Below are positions 27,984 through 36,824 of a DNA stretch of 39,925 nucleotides, one piece after another. The position numbers were made by a program, and so were the translations under genes. Source of the DNA: an uncultured Gammaproteobacteria bacterium (GTDB lineage: Bacteria; Patescibacteriota; Microgenomatia; Levybacterales; GWA1-39-11); assembly GCA_964472415.1 (NCBI GenBank), contig CAYYLC010000001.1, positions 197,269 through 237,193 on the forward strand, written 5' to 3'. Below the pieces are notes generated by a model. That model made no database searches. It was not told the origin of the DNA and saw nothing but the letters and a program-made list of their open reading frames with translations. The number at the start of each line of letters is the position of its first letter. Within the stretch, counting starts at the first letter, position 1.

Positions 27984-28417
27984 ATTTGCTTGGTCAATAT
28001 GAAGTATCAGTAGGCGAAAAGGGGAGAGTTGCGCTTCCTAAAAAAGTTCGCGAAGCGCTTGGAGAATCGGTAATTGTGACATACGGATTTGAGAAATCAC
28101 TTATTGTAGTATCTGAGGCGAATTGGGCAAAGCTGATATCTGAGTTGAAGAACTCATCGCTCTTTTTAACAAATGCTCGAGACACGAAACGTTTTCTATT
28201 TGGAGGGGCAACGTCTGTATCAGTTGATAAGCAAGGGAGATTTATTTTGCCTGACTATCTGATACGGTATGCAGAAATCTCTGAAGACGTTGTTTTTTTG
28301 GGATTATCATCATATGCAGAGATTTGGGATAAAAAACGTTGGGAGAAGCACACAAAAGAATTAAGTCAGGAAATAGAGACGGTAGCAGAATCACTTATTA
28401 AAAAAATTGAAGAATAG
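27977..28417 (+). CDS. mraZ: Transcriptional regulator MraZ
   Basis: LGQYEVSVGEKGRVALP and VDKQGRFILP (duplicated AbrB-like motifs), AEIWD; first gene of the dcw cluster. The start is uncertain (TTG 27977, GTG 27980 or TTG 27986). Confidence 0.95.
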   Translation: MVNLLGQYEVSVGEKGRVALPKKVREALGESVIVTYGFEKSLIVVSEANWAKLISELKNSSLFLTNARDTKRFLFGGATSVSVDKQGRFILPDYLIRYAEISEDVVFLGLSSYAEIWDKKRWEKHTKELSQEIETVAESLIKKIEE

Positions 28418-29285
28418 TTCATATCATACACCAGTTCTTTTACAAGAAACAATTGACGCCTTGCAAGTAGCAGAGGGGGAGAAATATATTGATGGGACTC
28501 TCGGGGGGGGAGGACATGCGGAAATAATTTTAGAAAAAAAAGGGATAGTGCTTGGAATAGATCAGGACGAAGAAGCGCTTACGGAATCACAAAAAAGATT
28601 CGATGAGAATGATCAAATAAGAATTGTAAAAGGAAATTTTCGCGACATAAAGCAAATTGCAGAAAAGTTTAATTTTATAGATAGTGATGGAATTTTATTC
28701 GACCTAGGGACATCGGTCCATCAGTTAAAAAATGAGTTAAGAGGTTTTAGTTTTATGACACATAGCAAGCTCGACATGCGAATGGATAAAAATACAGCAC
28801 TTACTGCAGAGGAAATAGTAAATTCTTGGCCGAAAGCAGAACTTGTTGAAATATTTGAAAAGTATGGAGAAGAACCTGAATCAGGTGCAATTGTTGATGA
28901 AATCGTAAAACGTAGAAAGAGACAGAAAATTGAATATACAGATGAATTAGCAGAGATGGTGAAGAGCATAAAGAGAAAAGGAGAGGGGAAGGTCCATCCT
29001 GCGACCCGAGTCTTTCAAGCAATTCGAATAGTAGTGAATGATGAGATGAATGTACTAAGAGAAGGTTTGGGTGGGGGGTTGGACGTTTTACGATCAGGAG
29101 GACGGATGGTAATTATTAGCTTTCATTCGCTAGAGGATAGGATTGTAAAATCAACATTTAGCGAATTTGAGGCAAGAGGATTGGGAAAGGTGATCATAAA
29201 GAAACCTATTCGTGCAAGTTTTTCTGAAATTAAAAAAAATAAAAAAGCAAGAAGTGCGAAGTTGAGAATATTTGAAAAAAAATAA
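28407..29285 (+). CDS. rsmH: 16S rRNA m4C1402 methyltransferase RsmH (MraW)
   Basis: HTPVLLQE, DGTLGGGGHA, GFSF...LDMRMD, HPATRVFQAIRI, ISFHSLEDRIVK and ARSAKLR motifs. Confidence 0.97.
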   Translation: MKNSSYHTPVLLQETIDALQVAEGEKYIDGTLGGGGHAEIILEKKGIVLGIDQDEEALTESQKRFDENDQIRIVKGNFRDIKQIAEKFNFIDSDGILFDLGTSVHQLKNELRGFSFMTHSKLDMRMDKNTALTAEEIVNSWPKAELVEIFEKYGEEPESGAIVDEIVKRRKRQKIEYTDELAEMVKSIKRKGEGKVHPATRVFQAIRIVVNDEMNVLREGLGGGLDVLRSGGRMVIISFHSLEDRIVKSTFSEFEARGLGKVIIKKPIRASFSEIKKNKKARSAKLRIFEKK

Positions 29286-29287
29286 AT

Positions 29288-29575
29288 ATGAAAAAAATAT
29301 ATCTAATAGCATCGATTTTAATACTAGTAATTCTAGGTGTAGAGGTTTTATATCTTGCGCAGTCAAATAATTTAGCTACTGAAAGTGTGCGAGCAGAAGA
29401 GTTAATGGAGAAAATCACCGCACTAGAAGAAAAAAATCAAATATTGGAGTCAGAAGTTCTCTCATATTCTTCACTTCAAGTTGTGGCGTCAAGAGCTGCA
29501 GATTTAGGCTTCGAGAAGCCAGAGGAATTTATTATGCTCAAAGACTCAGATTCTATTGCATTAAAGCATGAATGA
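29288..29575 (+). CDS. ftsL: Cell division protein FtsL-like
   Basis: N-terminal TM, coiled coil and RAADLGFEKP tail; canonical position between rsmH and ftsI. Confidence 0.75.
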   Translation: MKKIYLIASILILVILGVEVLYLAQSNNLATESVRAEELMEKITALEEKNQILESEVLSYSSLQVVASRAADLGFEKPEEFIMLKDSDSIALKHE

Positions 29576-31257
29576 AGCAGGTTAAGCCCACAGGAAGATT
29601 TTCCATAATTATTGTTTGTTTACTTGTTTTCTATACGATTCTTATTGGCCGTCTTTTTTATTGGCAAGTTGTACGAGCTGAAGAATTGAAAGAAATCCGA
29701 GATAATCAAAGTACAGAGTCGCTTACTCTTCAGCCAGAGCGTGGAACGATTCTTTTTCAAGACATGTTTCCAATGGCGACAAATAATATTAATTATTTAA
29801 CATACGCAAACCCCAAGCTGATCCCTGATATTTTGGAATATTCAGATAAGCTTGCTGATGTGCTTGAGTATGACGCAGCATCTATTTCTGCACGGCTTAA
29901 TTTAGACCTGTATTGGGTAAGACTTGGTGTATTTGATCACAAGAAAAAAGAAAAAATTGAGAGATTGCATTTAGATGGAATTGGGTTTCAGGTAGAAACA
30001 AGTCGGTATTATCCTGAAGCTTCAATGGCAGCGCATCTTGTAGGATTTGTGGGGAGGGATAGTGATGGGAATGATCAAGGGTATTTAGGTATTGAGGGAT
30101 TTTATGATAGGCAGTTGGGCGGGAAAGCGGGAAAGCGGTATGTGGTAAAAGACGCGTTAGGGAATCCGATCGTAACTGATATTCGTGAAGAGCGAAAAGT
30201 GGATGGAAGATCGCTTCTCACGACAATTGATCGGACTGTGCAGTATATTGCAGATAAGGCACTTAAACAAGGAGTCCAAAGGTATGAAGCGCAAGGGGGT
30301 AGTGTAGTTATTATGGAGCCGTCTACAGGGAAAATTCTTGGAATGAGCTCTATCCCGAATTTTGACCCACAGACGTACTATGAATTTAGTGGAGATTCAT
30401 ATCAAAACCCTGTTATTTCGAAGTTATATGAACCAGGATCCACTTTTAAAGTACTTGTTATGGCAGCAGCTATCAATGAGGGATTGGTTGAGGCAGATAC
30501 CCGTTGTGATATTTGTTCAGGTTCTATAGAGCTTGGTGGGTTTACAATAAAAACTTGGAATGATCAATATCATCCAAATACTACCATGACTGAAGTAATC
30601 CAGAATTCTGATAATACAGGGATGGTGTTCGTAGGGCAAAAGTTGGGTGTGGAGCGGATGTATGATTATATGGAGCAGTTTGGATTTGGACAAACTACCG
30701 GGATAGATTTGCAGGCAGAAGTCTCTGGTTCTCTCCGGCGCCAATCTGAATGGCTGCCGATAGATCTTGCGACGGCGAGTTTTGGACAAGGGATATCAGT
30801 AACTCCTATTCAGCTTCTCACAGCTGTTTCTTCCATTGCAAATGAGGGTTATTTAATGAAGCCGTATGTAGTCGAGAAGATTTTTGAAGATAATGGGAGT
30901 GAAATAAAAATAAAGAGTGAGCAGAAAAGAAAGGTTTTATCAAATAGTGCTGCAGAGGTTATGAAATGGATTATGGTAAATGCAGTAGAGTCAGGAGATT
31001 CGAAATGGGTAAATCTTGATCCGATAACAGTTGCGGGAAAAACAGGGACAGCTCAAATTCCAGTAGCAGGTCATTATGACCCTACACAGACTATTGCGTC
31101 ATTCGTAGGATTTTTTCCGGCAGAAACCCCAAAAATTTCCATGCTTGTGCTCGTTAATCGGCCAAAGACTTCTATTTACGGATCTGAAACCGCTGCACCA
31201 ATCTTTTTCAATATAGCACGTGATTTAGTTCAATACTATAATATTCAGCCTGAATAG
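29572..31257 (+). CDS. ftsI: Class B penicillin-binding protein FtsI
   Basis: ERGTI, RYYP and GIEG motifs, catalytic EPGSTFK (SxxK), SDN (SxN) and KTGTAQ. Confidence 0.92.
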   Translation: MKQVKPTGRFSIIIVCLLVFYTILIGRLFYWQVVRAEELKEIRDNQSTESLTLQPERGTILFQDMFPMATNNINYLTYANPKLIPDILEYSDKLADVLEYDAASISARLNLDLYWVRLGVFDHKKKEKIERLHLDGIGFQVETSRYYPEASMAAHLVGFVGRDSDGNDQGYLGIEGFYDRQLGGKAGKRYVVKDALGNPIVTDIREERKVDGRSLLTTIDRTVQYIADKALKQGVQRYEAQGGSVVIMEPSTGKILGMSSIPNFDPQTYYEFSGDSYQNPVISKLYEPGSTFKVLVMAAAINEGLVEADTRCDICSGSIELGGFTIKTWNDQYHPNTTMTEVIQNSDNTGMVFVGQKLGVERMYDYMEQFGFGQTTGIDLQAEVSGSLRRQSEWLPIDLATASFGQGISVTPIQLLTAVSSIANEGYLMKPYVVEKIFEDNGSEIKIKSEQKRKVLSNSAAEVMKWIMVNAVESGDSKWVNLDPITVAGKTGTAQIPVAGHYDPTQTIASFVGFFPAETPKISMLVLVNRPKTSIYGSETAAPIFFNIARDLVQYYNIQPE

Positions 31258-31259
31258 GG

Positions 31260-31265
31260 TATAAT
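31260..31265 (+). promoter_or_regulatory. Candidate -10 element (TATAAT), possible leaderless start
   Basis: Perfect hexamer 7 nt before ATG 31273; no convincing -35. Confidence 0.4.
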
Positions 31266-31272
31266 TTTTTTT

Positions 31273-31431
31273 ATGAATCAAATAATCCTTGCATTTACTG
31301 TGGGAGCGATAGTAGGAGGAGTTTTTAGCTTCTTTAAACTTCCGCTTCCAGCACCACCTACTATTGCTGGGATTATGGGGATTTTAGGCTTATTCTGTGG
31401 ATATATGATTATTTCACATTTCATTAAGTGA
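31273..31431 (+). CDS. Small membrane protein, XapX domain / DUF1427 family (52 aa; absent from the ORF track)
   Basis: Translates to MNQIILAFTVGAIVGGVFSFFKLPLPAPPTIAGIMGILGLFCGYMIISHFIK*. Two hydrophobic helices flank the LPxPAPP..G..GI.G signature, and the TGA overlaps the murE start. Confidence 0.85.
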   Translation: MNQIILAFTVGAIVGGVFSFFKLPLPAPPTIAGIMGILGLFCGYMIISHFIK

Positions 31432-32654
31432 TGAATTTATTCTTGCGCCTTGTTCGGGAGGTAAAAAATATTGCGCACCTTGTACTTGCATTCGTTGCTA
31501 TAAAAAAATATGGCAACCCATCAAAGAGACTTCATATAATAGGAGTAACAGGAACGGATGGAAAAACTACCACAGCAAATTATATCTATCAACTTTTGCA
31601 GTTTTCTGGAAAGAGAGTGGCACTTATTTCGACTGTTGGCGTTTTTTTGAATGGGGAACGAGAAGCTTTGGGGTTTCATGTAACGACTCCCTCCCCATTT
31701 GTTATCAATAAGTATTTGAAAGAAGCATTGAGAAAAAATATAGAGTATGTAATTTTGGAGGTGTCCTCACATGCACTTGATCAGCATAGAGTATCTGGAA
31801 TAAATTTTGAAATTGGGGTAATGACAAATCTTACTCGGGAACATCTTGATTATCATAAAAGTATGGAGCGATATTTGTCAGCAAAACTTAAGCTCTTGAA
31901 ATCAGCAAAAAAAGCAATTCTTAATATTAATGATTATTATTATAAAAAGGTCGTAAAAGTAATTGGAACTGAGAAAGTAAAAACATATTCTTTATTAAAT
32001 ACGGTAAGTGATCTTGCGTATGGTTCGATTCAGAACAGAACATTTGATAAACTTGCGTCATTTAATAAAAATAATATTATGGCTGCGATTCTTACATTGG
32101 ATGAGTTAGGAATTTCTCGAGATAAGTATTTTAGTAAAGTATCAGAGCTTTCATTGCCTGAGGGACGACTTCAATATCTTCAAAAATCACCATTTCAAGT
32201 AATTATTGATTTTGCACATACCCCGAATGCTTTTATGGTATTACTCCCTGAATTTTCTGGTACAGCAGGCCGGATCATTCATGTATTTGGGAGTGCAGGG
32301 GAGAGGGATAGAAAAAAACGTTCAGATATGGGATATGCTTCATCACGATTTGCTGATGTGATTATTTTGACATCTGAAGATCCGCGTAGCGAAAAAGTAT
32401 CAGAAATAAATCATGCTATAAAAAAAGGAATTGCACAGATATTTAAAAGGGTGAGTGTAGAAGAGTTTAAGAATATTGATGGAAAATTTGTATTAGAAAT
32501 AGAAGATAGAAGAAAAGCCATAGAGTTTGCATTAAAAATTGCGAAAAAAAATGATGTAGTTTTAATAACTGGTAAGGGTCCAGAAGAGTCTATGAATATG
32601 GGGAGTGGTGAAGTATTGTGGAGCGATATAAAAGTAACGAAGGAATTATTATAA
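31428..32654 (+). CDS. murE: UDP-MurNAc-dipeptide:diamino acid ligase MurE (lacks the usual N-terminal domain)
   Basis: GVTGTDGKTTT, HVTTP, LEVSSHALDQHR, TNLTREHLDYH, IDFAHTPNA, EDPR and TGKG motifs. Confidence 0.9.
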   Translation: MMNLFLRLVREVKNIAHLVLAFVAIKKYGNPSKRLHIIGVTGTDGKTTTANYIYQLLQFSGKRVALISTVGVFLNGEREALGFHVTTPSPFVINKYLKEALRKNIEYVILEVSSHALDQHRVSGINFEIGVMTNLTREHLDYHKSMERYLSAKLKLLKSAKKAILNINDYYYKKVVKVIGTEKVKTYSLLNTVSDLAYGSIQNRTFDKLASFNKNNIMAAILTLDELGISRDKYFSKVSELSLPEGRLQYLQKSPFQVIIDFAHTPNAFMVLLPEFSGTAGRIIHVFGSAGERDRKKRSDMGYASSRFADVIILTSEDPRSEKVSEINHAIKKGIAQIFKRVSVEEFKNIDGKFVLEIEDRRKAIEFALKIAKKNDVVLITGKGPEESMNMGSGEVLWSDIKVTKELL

Positions 32655-32655
32655 T

Positions 32656-34113
32656 ATGGAGAAAGTAGATTGGAAAAAAATTGAGAGAATATTTTTTGTT
32701 GGCATAAAGGGGGTTGGAATGATGCCGTTGTCTCTCATCGCGAAAGAGGCAGGATATACCATAGCGGGATCTGATATTCCGGAAGAGTTTATTACTGATG
32801 AAGTATTAAGAAAAAATAATATCCGAATCTTTTCGGATTTTAAAGAAGAGCGAATTGAAGATTTTTTCCAAGGTATACCTTCTGAAAAAAGTCTCTTGAT
32901 AACAACGGGTGCGCATCGTGGGTATGATAATCCCCAAGTGAAAAAGGCACAAGCTTTGAATATTCAAGTCTTGAATCAGGGACAAGCTCTGGGAATTTTT
33001 ATCTCTGGTGAACCATTTGGAAGAAAATTACAAGGAATAACTGTTACCGGCTCGCATGGGAAGACTACTATTTCTGCCATGATGGCATCAGCATTTTATA
33101 GGCTCAATCAAGACCCAAGCTTTGCTGTGGGGACGAGTAGTATTTTCCCTATAGGAGACTCTGGGCATTTAGGGAACGGTGAATATTTTATTGCAGAAGG
33201 GGATGAATATGTAGGAGAGCCGAAGTATGATAGGGTTCCAAAGATTTTATATCAAAAGCCGAAATTTGCAGTAATTAACAATATAGACTTTGATCATCCG
33301 GATATTTATGAGAATATCGAGGATGTAAAAAATGTTATGACACGATTTGTAAATGGGATGCAGAAAAGCGGGATTGTTTTTCTAAATTCAGATGACAAGA
33401 ATCTTAATGATATTCGAAATAATTTTCGTGAGGATATAGAAATAATTACATACGGTGAGAAAGATGCTGATTATGTAATCTCAGATGTTTTAGAGAATAT
33501 CGGGAATATTCATTTTGAAGTTTCTACAAGAAATAGAAATATGGGGGACTTTGTACTCAATGTGCCTGGTCGTCACAACGCAAAAAATGCGCTTGCGGTT
33601 GTAGCACTTCTTGATACATTAGAAATTTCTGATGAAGATAAAAAACAGGCAGTTTCTTTTTATAAAGGGTGTAGAAGAAGGATGGAGCTAGTAGGGATGA
33701 CTGAGACTGGTGCCCAAGTATTGGATGACTATGGGCATCATCCTACAGAAATTATCTCAACGCTGAATGCGCTAAAAAAGTTCTACAATAAAAAAATAAT
33801 CTGTGTATTTCAGTCGCATACTTATTCAAGGACAAAAGAATTTCTTAAAGAATTTTCAGAATCATTTGGTGAGGCGGAAGAACTGGTGCTTATTCCTGTT
33901 TTTAAATCACAGAGAGATACAGAGCACGATATAATCTCATATGGTGAATTTTCAGAATCATTTAGAAAAAATCTAAAAAAAGTGTATACTGCAAAAGATA
34001 TTTCTGATGCAGTAGAGTATTTGAAGCATAAAAAATATAATGATGAATATATAATTCTTACTATTGGTGCAGGAGATGTATACAAAGTAGGTTATGAATT
34101 GAAAATAGAATGA
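32656..34113 (+). CDS. murC: UDP-N-acetylmuramate--L-alanine ligase MurC
   Basis: GIKGVGMMPL, GSD, TGSHGKTT, EGDEY, IDFDHPD, GRHNAKNAL, RRME, DDYGHHPTEI, FQSHTYSRT and GAGDV motifs. Confidence 0.95.
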   Translation: MEKVDWKKIERIFFVGIKGVGMMPLSLIAKEAGYTIAGSDIPEEFITDEVLRKNNIRIFSDFKEERIEDFFQGIPSEKSLLITTGAHRGYDNPQVKKAQALNIQVLNQGQALGIFISGEPFGRKLQGITVTGSHGKTTISAMMASAFYRLNQDPSFAVGTSSIFPIGDSGHLGNGEYFIAEGDEYVGEPKYDRVPKILYQKPKFAVINNIDFDHPDIYENIEDVKNVMTRFVNGMQKSGIVFLNSDDKNLNDIRNNFREDIEIITYGEKDADYVISDVLENIGNIHFEVSTRNRNMGDFVLNVPGRHNAKNALAVVALLDTLEISDEDKKQAVSFYKGCRRRMELVGMTETGAQVLDDYGHHPTEIISTLNALKKFYNKKIICVFQSHTYSRTKEFLKEFSESFGEAEELVLIPVFKSQRDTEHDIISYGEFSESFRKNLKKVYTAKDISDAVEYLKHKKYNDEYIILTIGAGDVYKVGYELKIE

Positions 34114-35435
34114 AAAAATATATTATTAAAGGAGGGAAAAAGCTTTCTGGTACAGTAAAAATTTCCGGATCTAAAAACGTCGTTTTAAAAGCTATTGTTG
34201 CTGCTTGTATGACGAATGAAACAGTCACTTTGGAGAATGTTCCACAGATTTCTGATGTTCACTATATGCTCGAGATGGTAAAGGATTTTGGTGGAGAGAT
34301 TATTCAAACCCAAAATACTTTAAAGATTACAGTGCCCGAAATAAAAGATATTCGTTTGCCGCTTGAGACTGCTGCTAAGATGCGTGCATCATCTCTCTTT
34401 TTTGCACCATTTTTGTTACGGAATGGAAGTGCCGAGATTCCAAATCCTGGAGGAGATAGGATTGGTGCGCGAAGAATAGATATGCATATTGACGGTCTTT
34501 CAAAAATGGGGGTTAGTATTACAACTCGCGATGATGGTTATTTTTATGCATCAGGAGATAACATTATCGGCGCTGATTATGCATTTAAAAAGAATACTCA
34601 TACAGGAACTGAGCAGATGATATTAGGGGCGGTTATGGCAAAAGGAGAAACTATCCTTTCAAATTGCGCGTTAGAGCCGGAGGTTGATGAATTGATAGAG
34701 CTCCTTAATTTGATGGGGGGAAATGTAAAAAGAGAAAATGGAAGAACCATCAGAATACAAGGAGTAGAAAAACTTCATGGTGCAAAATATACTATAAAGG
34801 CGGATAGAAATGAGGCAGTGACATTTGCAATCGCATCAGCATTATTGGGTGGAAGTGTATGGCTTACGGATGTCGATTCATATTTATTGCGGGAGTTTAT
34901 CGATGAATTTAGGAAAGCAGGGGGAGATGTGGAAGAAAATGAAAATCATGATTTACGATTTTTCATCACTGGAAAGATTCTCCCTACAAATATTACAACA
35001 GAAATTTATCCGGGATTTATGACAGATTGGCAAGGTCCATGGTGCGTTCTCATGACGCAAGCAGAAGGAGAATCAATAATTCATGAAACTATTTATGAAG
35101 ACAGGTTTCAATACGTTTATGAACTCAAGAAAATGGGTGCAGCTATTGAGCTTTTTAATCCAAAAGTAGAGAACCCTGAAGAATTTTATAATTTTAATTA
35201 TGAAGATTGTACTTCGGAAACTCGCCATGCCATTAAAATTATTGGGAAAGTAGAGTTGACGAATGCAGTTTTGGAGATGCATGATTTAAGAGCAGGAGCT
35301 ACGGTGGTTCTGGCATCACTTTTAGCAAAAGGGGAATCAGTAATTTATGGAATTGATCAGATTGAGCGAGGATATGAGCGATTTGATGAGCGCTTAAAAA
35401 ATCTTGGTGCAGATATAGAATATATAAATGAATAG
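34110..35435 (+). CDS. murA: UDP-GlcNAc 1-carboxyvinyltransferase MurA (Cys-to-Asp variant)
   Basis: SGSKN, MRAS, PGGDRIGAR, EPEV, YPGFMTDWQ, RFQYVYELKKMGA, DLRAGA and RGYE motifs. Confidence 0.96.
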   Translation: MKKYIIKGGKKLSGTVKISGSKNVVLKAIVAACMTNETVTLENVPQISDVHYMLEMVKDFGGEIIQTQNTLKITVPEIKDIRLPLETAAKMRASSLFFAPFLLRNGSAEIPNPGGDRIGARRIDMHIDGLSKMGVSITTRDDGYFYASGDNIIGADYAFKKNTHTGTEQMILGAVMAKGETILSNCALEPEVDELIELLNLMGGNVKRENGRTIRIQGVEKLHGAKYTIKADRNEAVTFAIASALLGGSVWLTDVDSYLLREFIDEFRKAGGDVEENENHDLRFFITGKILPTNITTEIYPGFMTDWQGPWCVLMTQAEGESIIHETIYEDRFQYVYELKKMGAAIELFNPKVENPEEFYNFNYEDCTSETRHAIKIIGKVELTNAVLEMHDLRAGATVVLASLLAKGESVIYGIDQIERGYERFDERLKNLGADIEYINE

Positions 35436-36180
35436 TAATATGAAAAAAATTGGAGCGATTGTTTTAGCAGCGGGGAGAGGATCTCGGATGAAGTCGGTGG
35501 ATGTAAATAAAGTAGCGCTTTCGGTAAATGATAGGCCACTTATTTTACGTACGATAGATATTTTAGAACAGTCTGGAATTGAAGAAATTGTAGTGGTTGT
35601 AGGTTTTGCAAAGGAGTCTGTGATGCGTCTTTTACCAACCCACATCAAAACTGCCGTCCAGGAGAATCAGCTAGGAACTGGAGATGCAGAGAGGGTGGGA
35701 CTTGAGGAGATTTCTGAAGATATCTCAGATGTTCTCAGTGTTTCGGGAGATGATTCGTTTCTCTATACTCCTGAAATTATTCAGAAAATGGTGAGTATTC
35801 ACCATGATACAAATGCAGCGATGACATTTGCGACAGTAAATCTTGAAGATCCGAAAGGGTACGGAAGAATTATTCGAGACAAAAACAAGAAAATCGTAAA
35901 GATTGTGGAGGAGCTGAATGCTACCGATGAGGAGCGAAAGATCACAGAGATAAATGCAGGGTGCTATTTGTTTAATAAAAAATTCCTTGCAGAGAATATT
36001 TTAAGAATAAAAAAGAATGAATTAAAAGAAGAATATTATTTGACAGATATTTTAGAAATATTTATTGCAGAAAGGTATCCAATCAGCTCAGTTACAATTC
36101 CAATAGAGAATTGGTGTGGGATAAATACGCCAGACGAATTACAGTTTGCGCAAAAAACTCTCCAAGAATATGAAAAATAG
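35428..36180 (+). CDS. glmU: GlmU N-terminal domain only: GlcNAc-1-P uridylyltransferase
   Basis: VLAAGRGSRMKS, QLGTG, GYGRIIRD, EINAGCY, EYYLTDI and GINT; ends before the LbH domain. Confidence 0.85.
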   Translation: MNSNMKKIGAIVLAAGRGSRMKSVDVNKVALSVNDRPLILRTIDILEQSGIEEIVVVVGFAKESVMRLLPTHIKTAVQENQLGTGDAERVGLEEISEDISDVLSVSGDDSFLYTPEIIQKMVSIHHDTNAAMTFATVNLEDPKGYGRIIRDKNKKIVKIVEELNATDEERKITEINAGCYLFNKKFLAENILRIKKNELKEEYYLTDILEIFIAERYPISSVTIPIENWCGINTPDELQFAQKTLQEYEK

Positions 36181-36763
36181 TGAACTATTTGATTATAAGA
36201 ATTTGTCTCATCGGGACTTTTTTGATAATTACGTGTACCCATGGGAGGTAGTGAAAAATATACGCAAGTATCTTTCTGCACAAAAAGGTAAAAATATTGT
36301 AGGTGAGGGAACGGTTATCGATTCTTCGGTAAAAATTGAGGGGAGGGTTATTATCGGTAAGAATTGTAGAATCTCTGACAATGTTCTTTTGCGAGATGGA
36401 GTAATTATTGGAGATAATGTAAGAATTGGGCACGCTGTTGAGGTAAAAAATAGTGTAATTTTAAACAATTCTGCAATTGCTCATTTTAATTATATTGGGG
36501 ATAGCGTGGTTGGATCTCATATAAATATTGGTGGAGGTGTGATAACGGCCAATTTGCGACTTGATAGGGAAATAATAAAAATTACTGCCGGTGATGAGCA
36601 TTTTGATACGGAGCTCGAAAAATTTGGTGCTGCAATTGGGGATGGTTCTAGTATTGGGGTAAATGCTGTATTAAATCCCGGGGTTATTTTGGGGAAGGGA
36701 AGTATTGTGTATCCGCTCACTTCTGTAGTAGGAGTATTTTCCCCTAATTCGATAATTAAATAA
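36170..36763 (+). CDS. GlmU C-terminal-like LbH acetyltransferase (GlcN-1-P N-acetyltransferase), archaeal-type
   Basis: YPWE linker, hexapeptide repeats, EVKNS, HFNYIGDS, ANLRLD and KFGAAIGD...GVNAVLNPG. ATG 36170 overlaps the previous stop by 11 nt. Confidence 0.8.
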   Translation: MKNSELFDYKNLSHRDFFDNYVYPWEVVKNIRKYLSAQKGKNIVGEGTVIDSSVKIEGRVIIGKNCRISDNVLLRDGVIIGDNVRIGHAVEVKNSVILNNSAIAHFNYIGDSVVGSHINIGGGVITANLRLDREIIKITAGDEHFDTELEKFGAAIGDGSSIGVNAVLNPGVILGKGSIVYPLTSVVGVFSPNSIIK

Positions 36764-36783
36764 TTTTTTTACCCTCGTTTTTA

Positions 36784-36812
36784 TTGGCCTGTGCATCTTT
36801 AGATGATATAAT
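36784..36812 (+). promoter_or_regulatory. Candidate internal promoter TTGGCC-17 bp-(TG-n)-TATAAT for mraY-ftsW-murG
   Basis: Extended -10 TGATATAAT with a 17-bp-spaced -35 in a 61-bp gap, 12 nt before ATG 36825. Confidence 0.6.
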
Positions 36813-36824
36813 TACAGTGCAGGT

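Noticed and set aside
28503-28510. G8 homopolymer in rsmH as a phase-variation tract
   Set aside because: It encodes the conserved Gly-rich SAM-binding motif (LGGGGH) of a housekeeping gene, and the frame is intact.
36160-36185. Sequencing frameshift as the cause of the split glmU
   Set aside because: Tandem stops, a clean overlapping ATG, and a second gene whose sequence type does not continue a bacterial GlmU. Read-level confirmation is still advisable.
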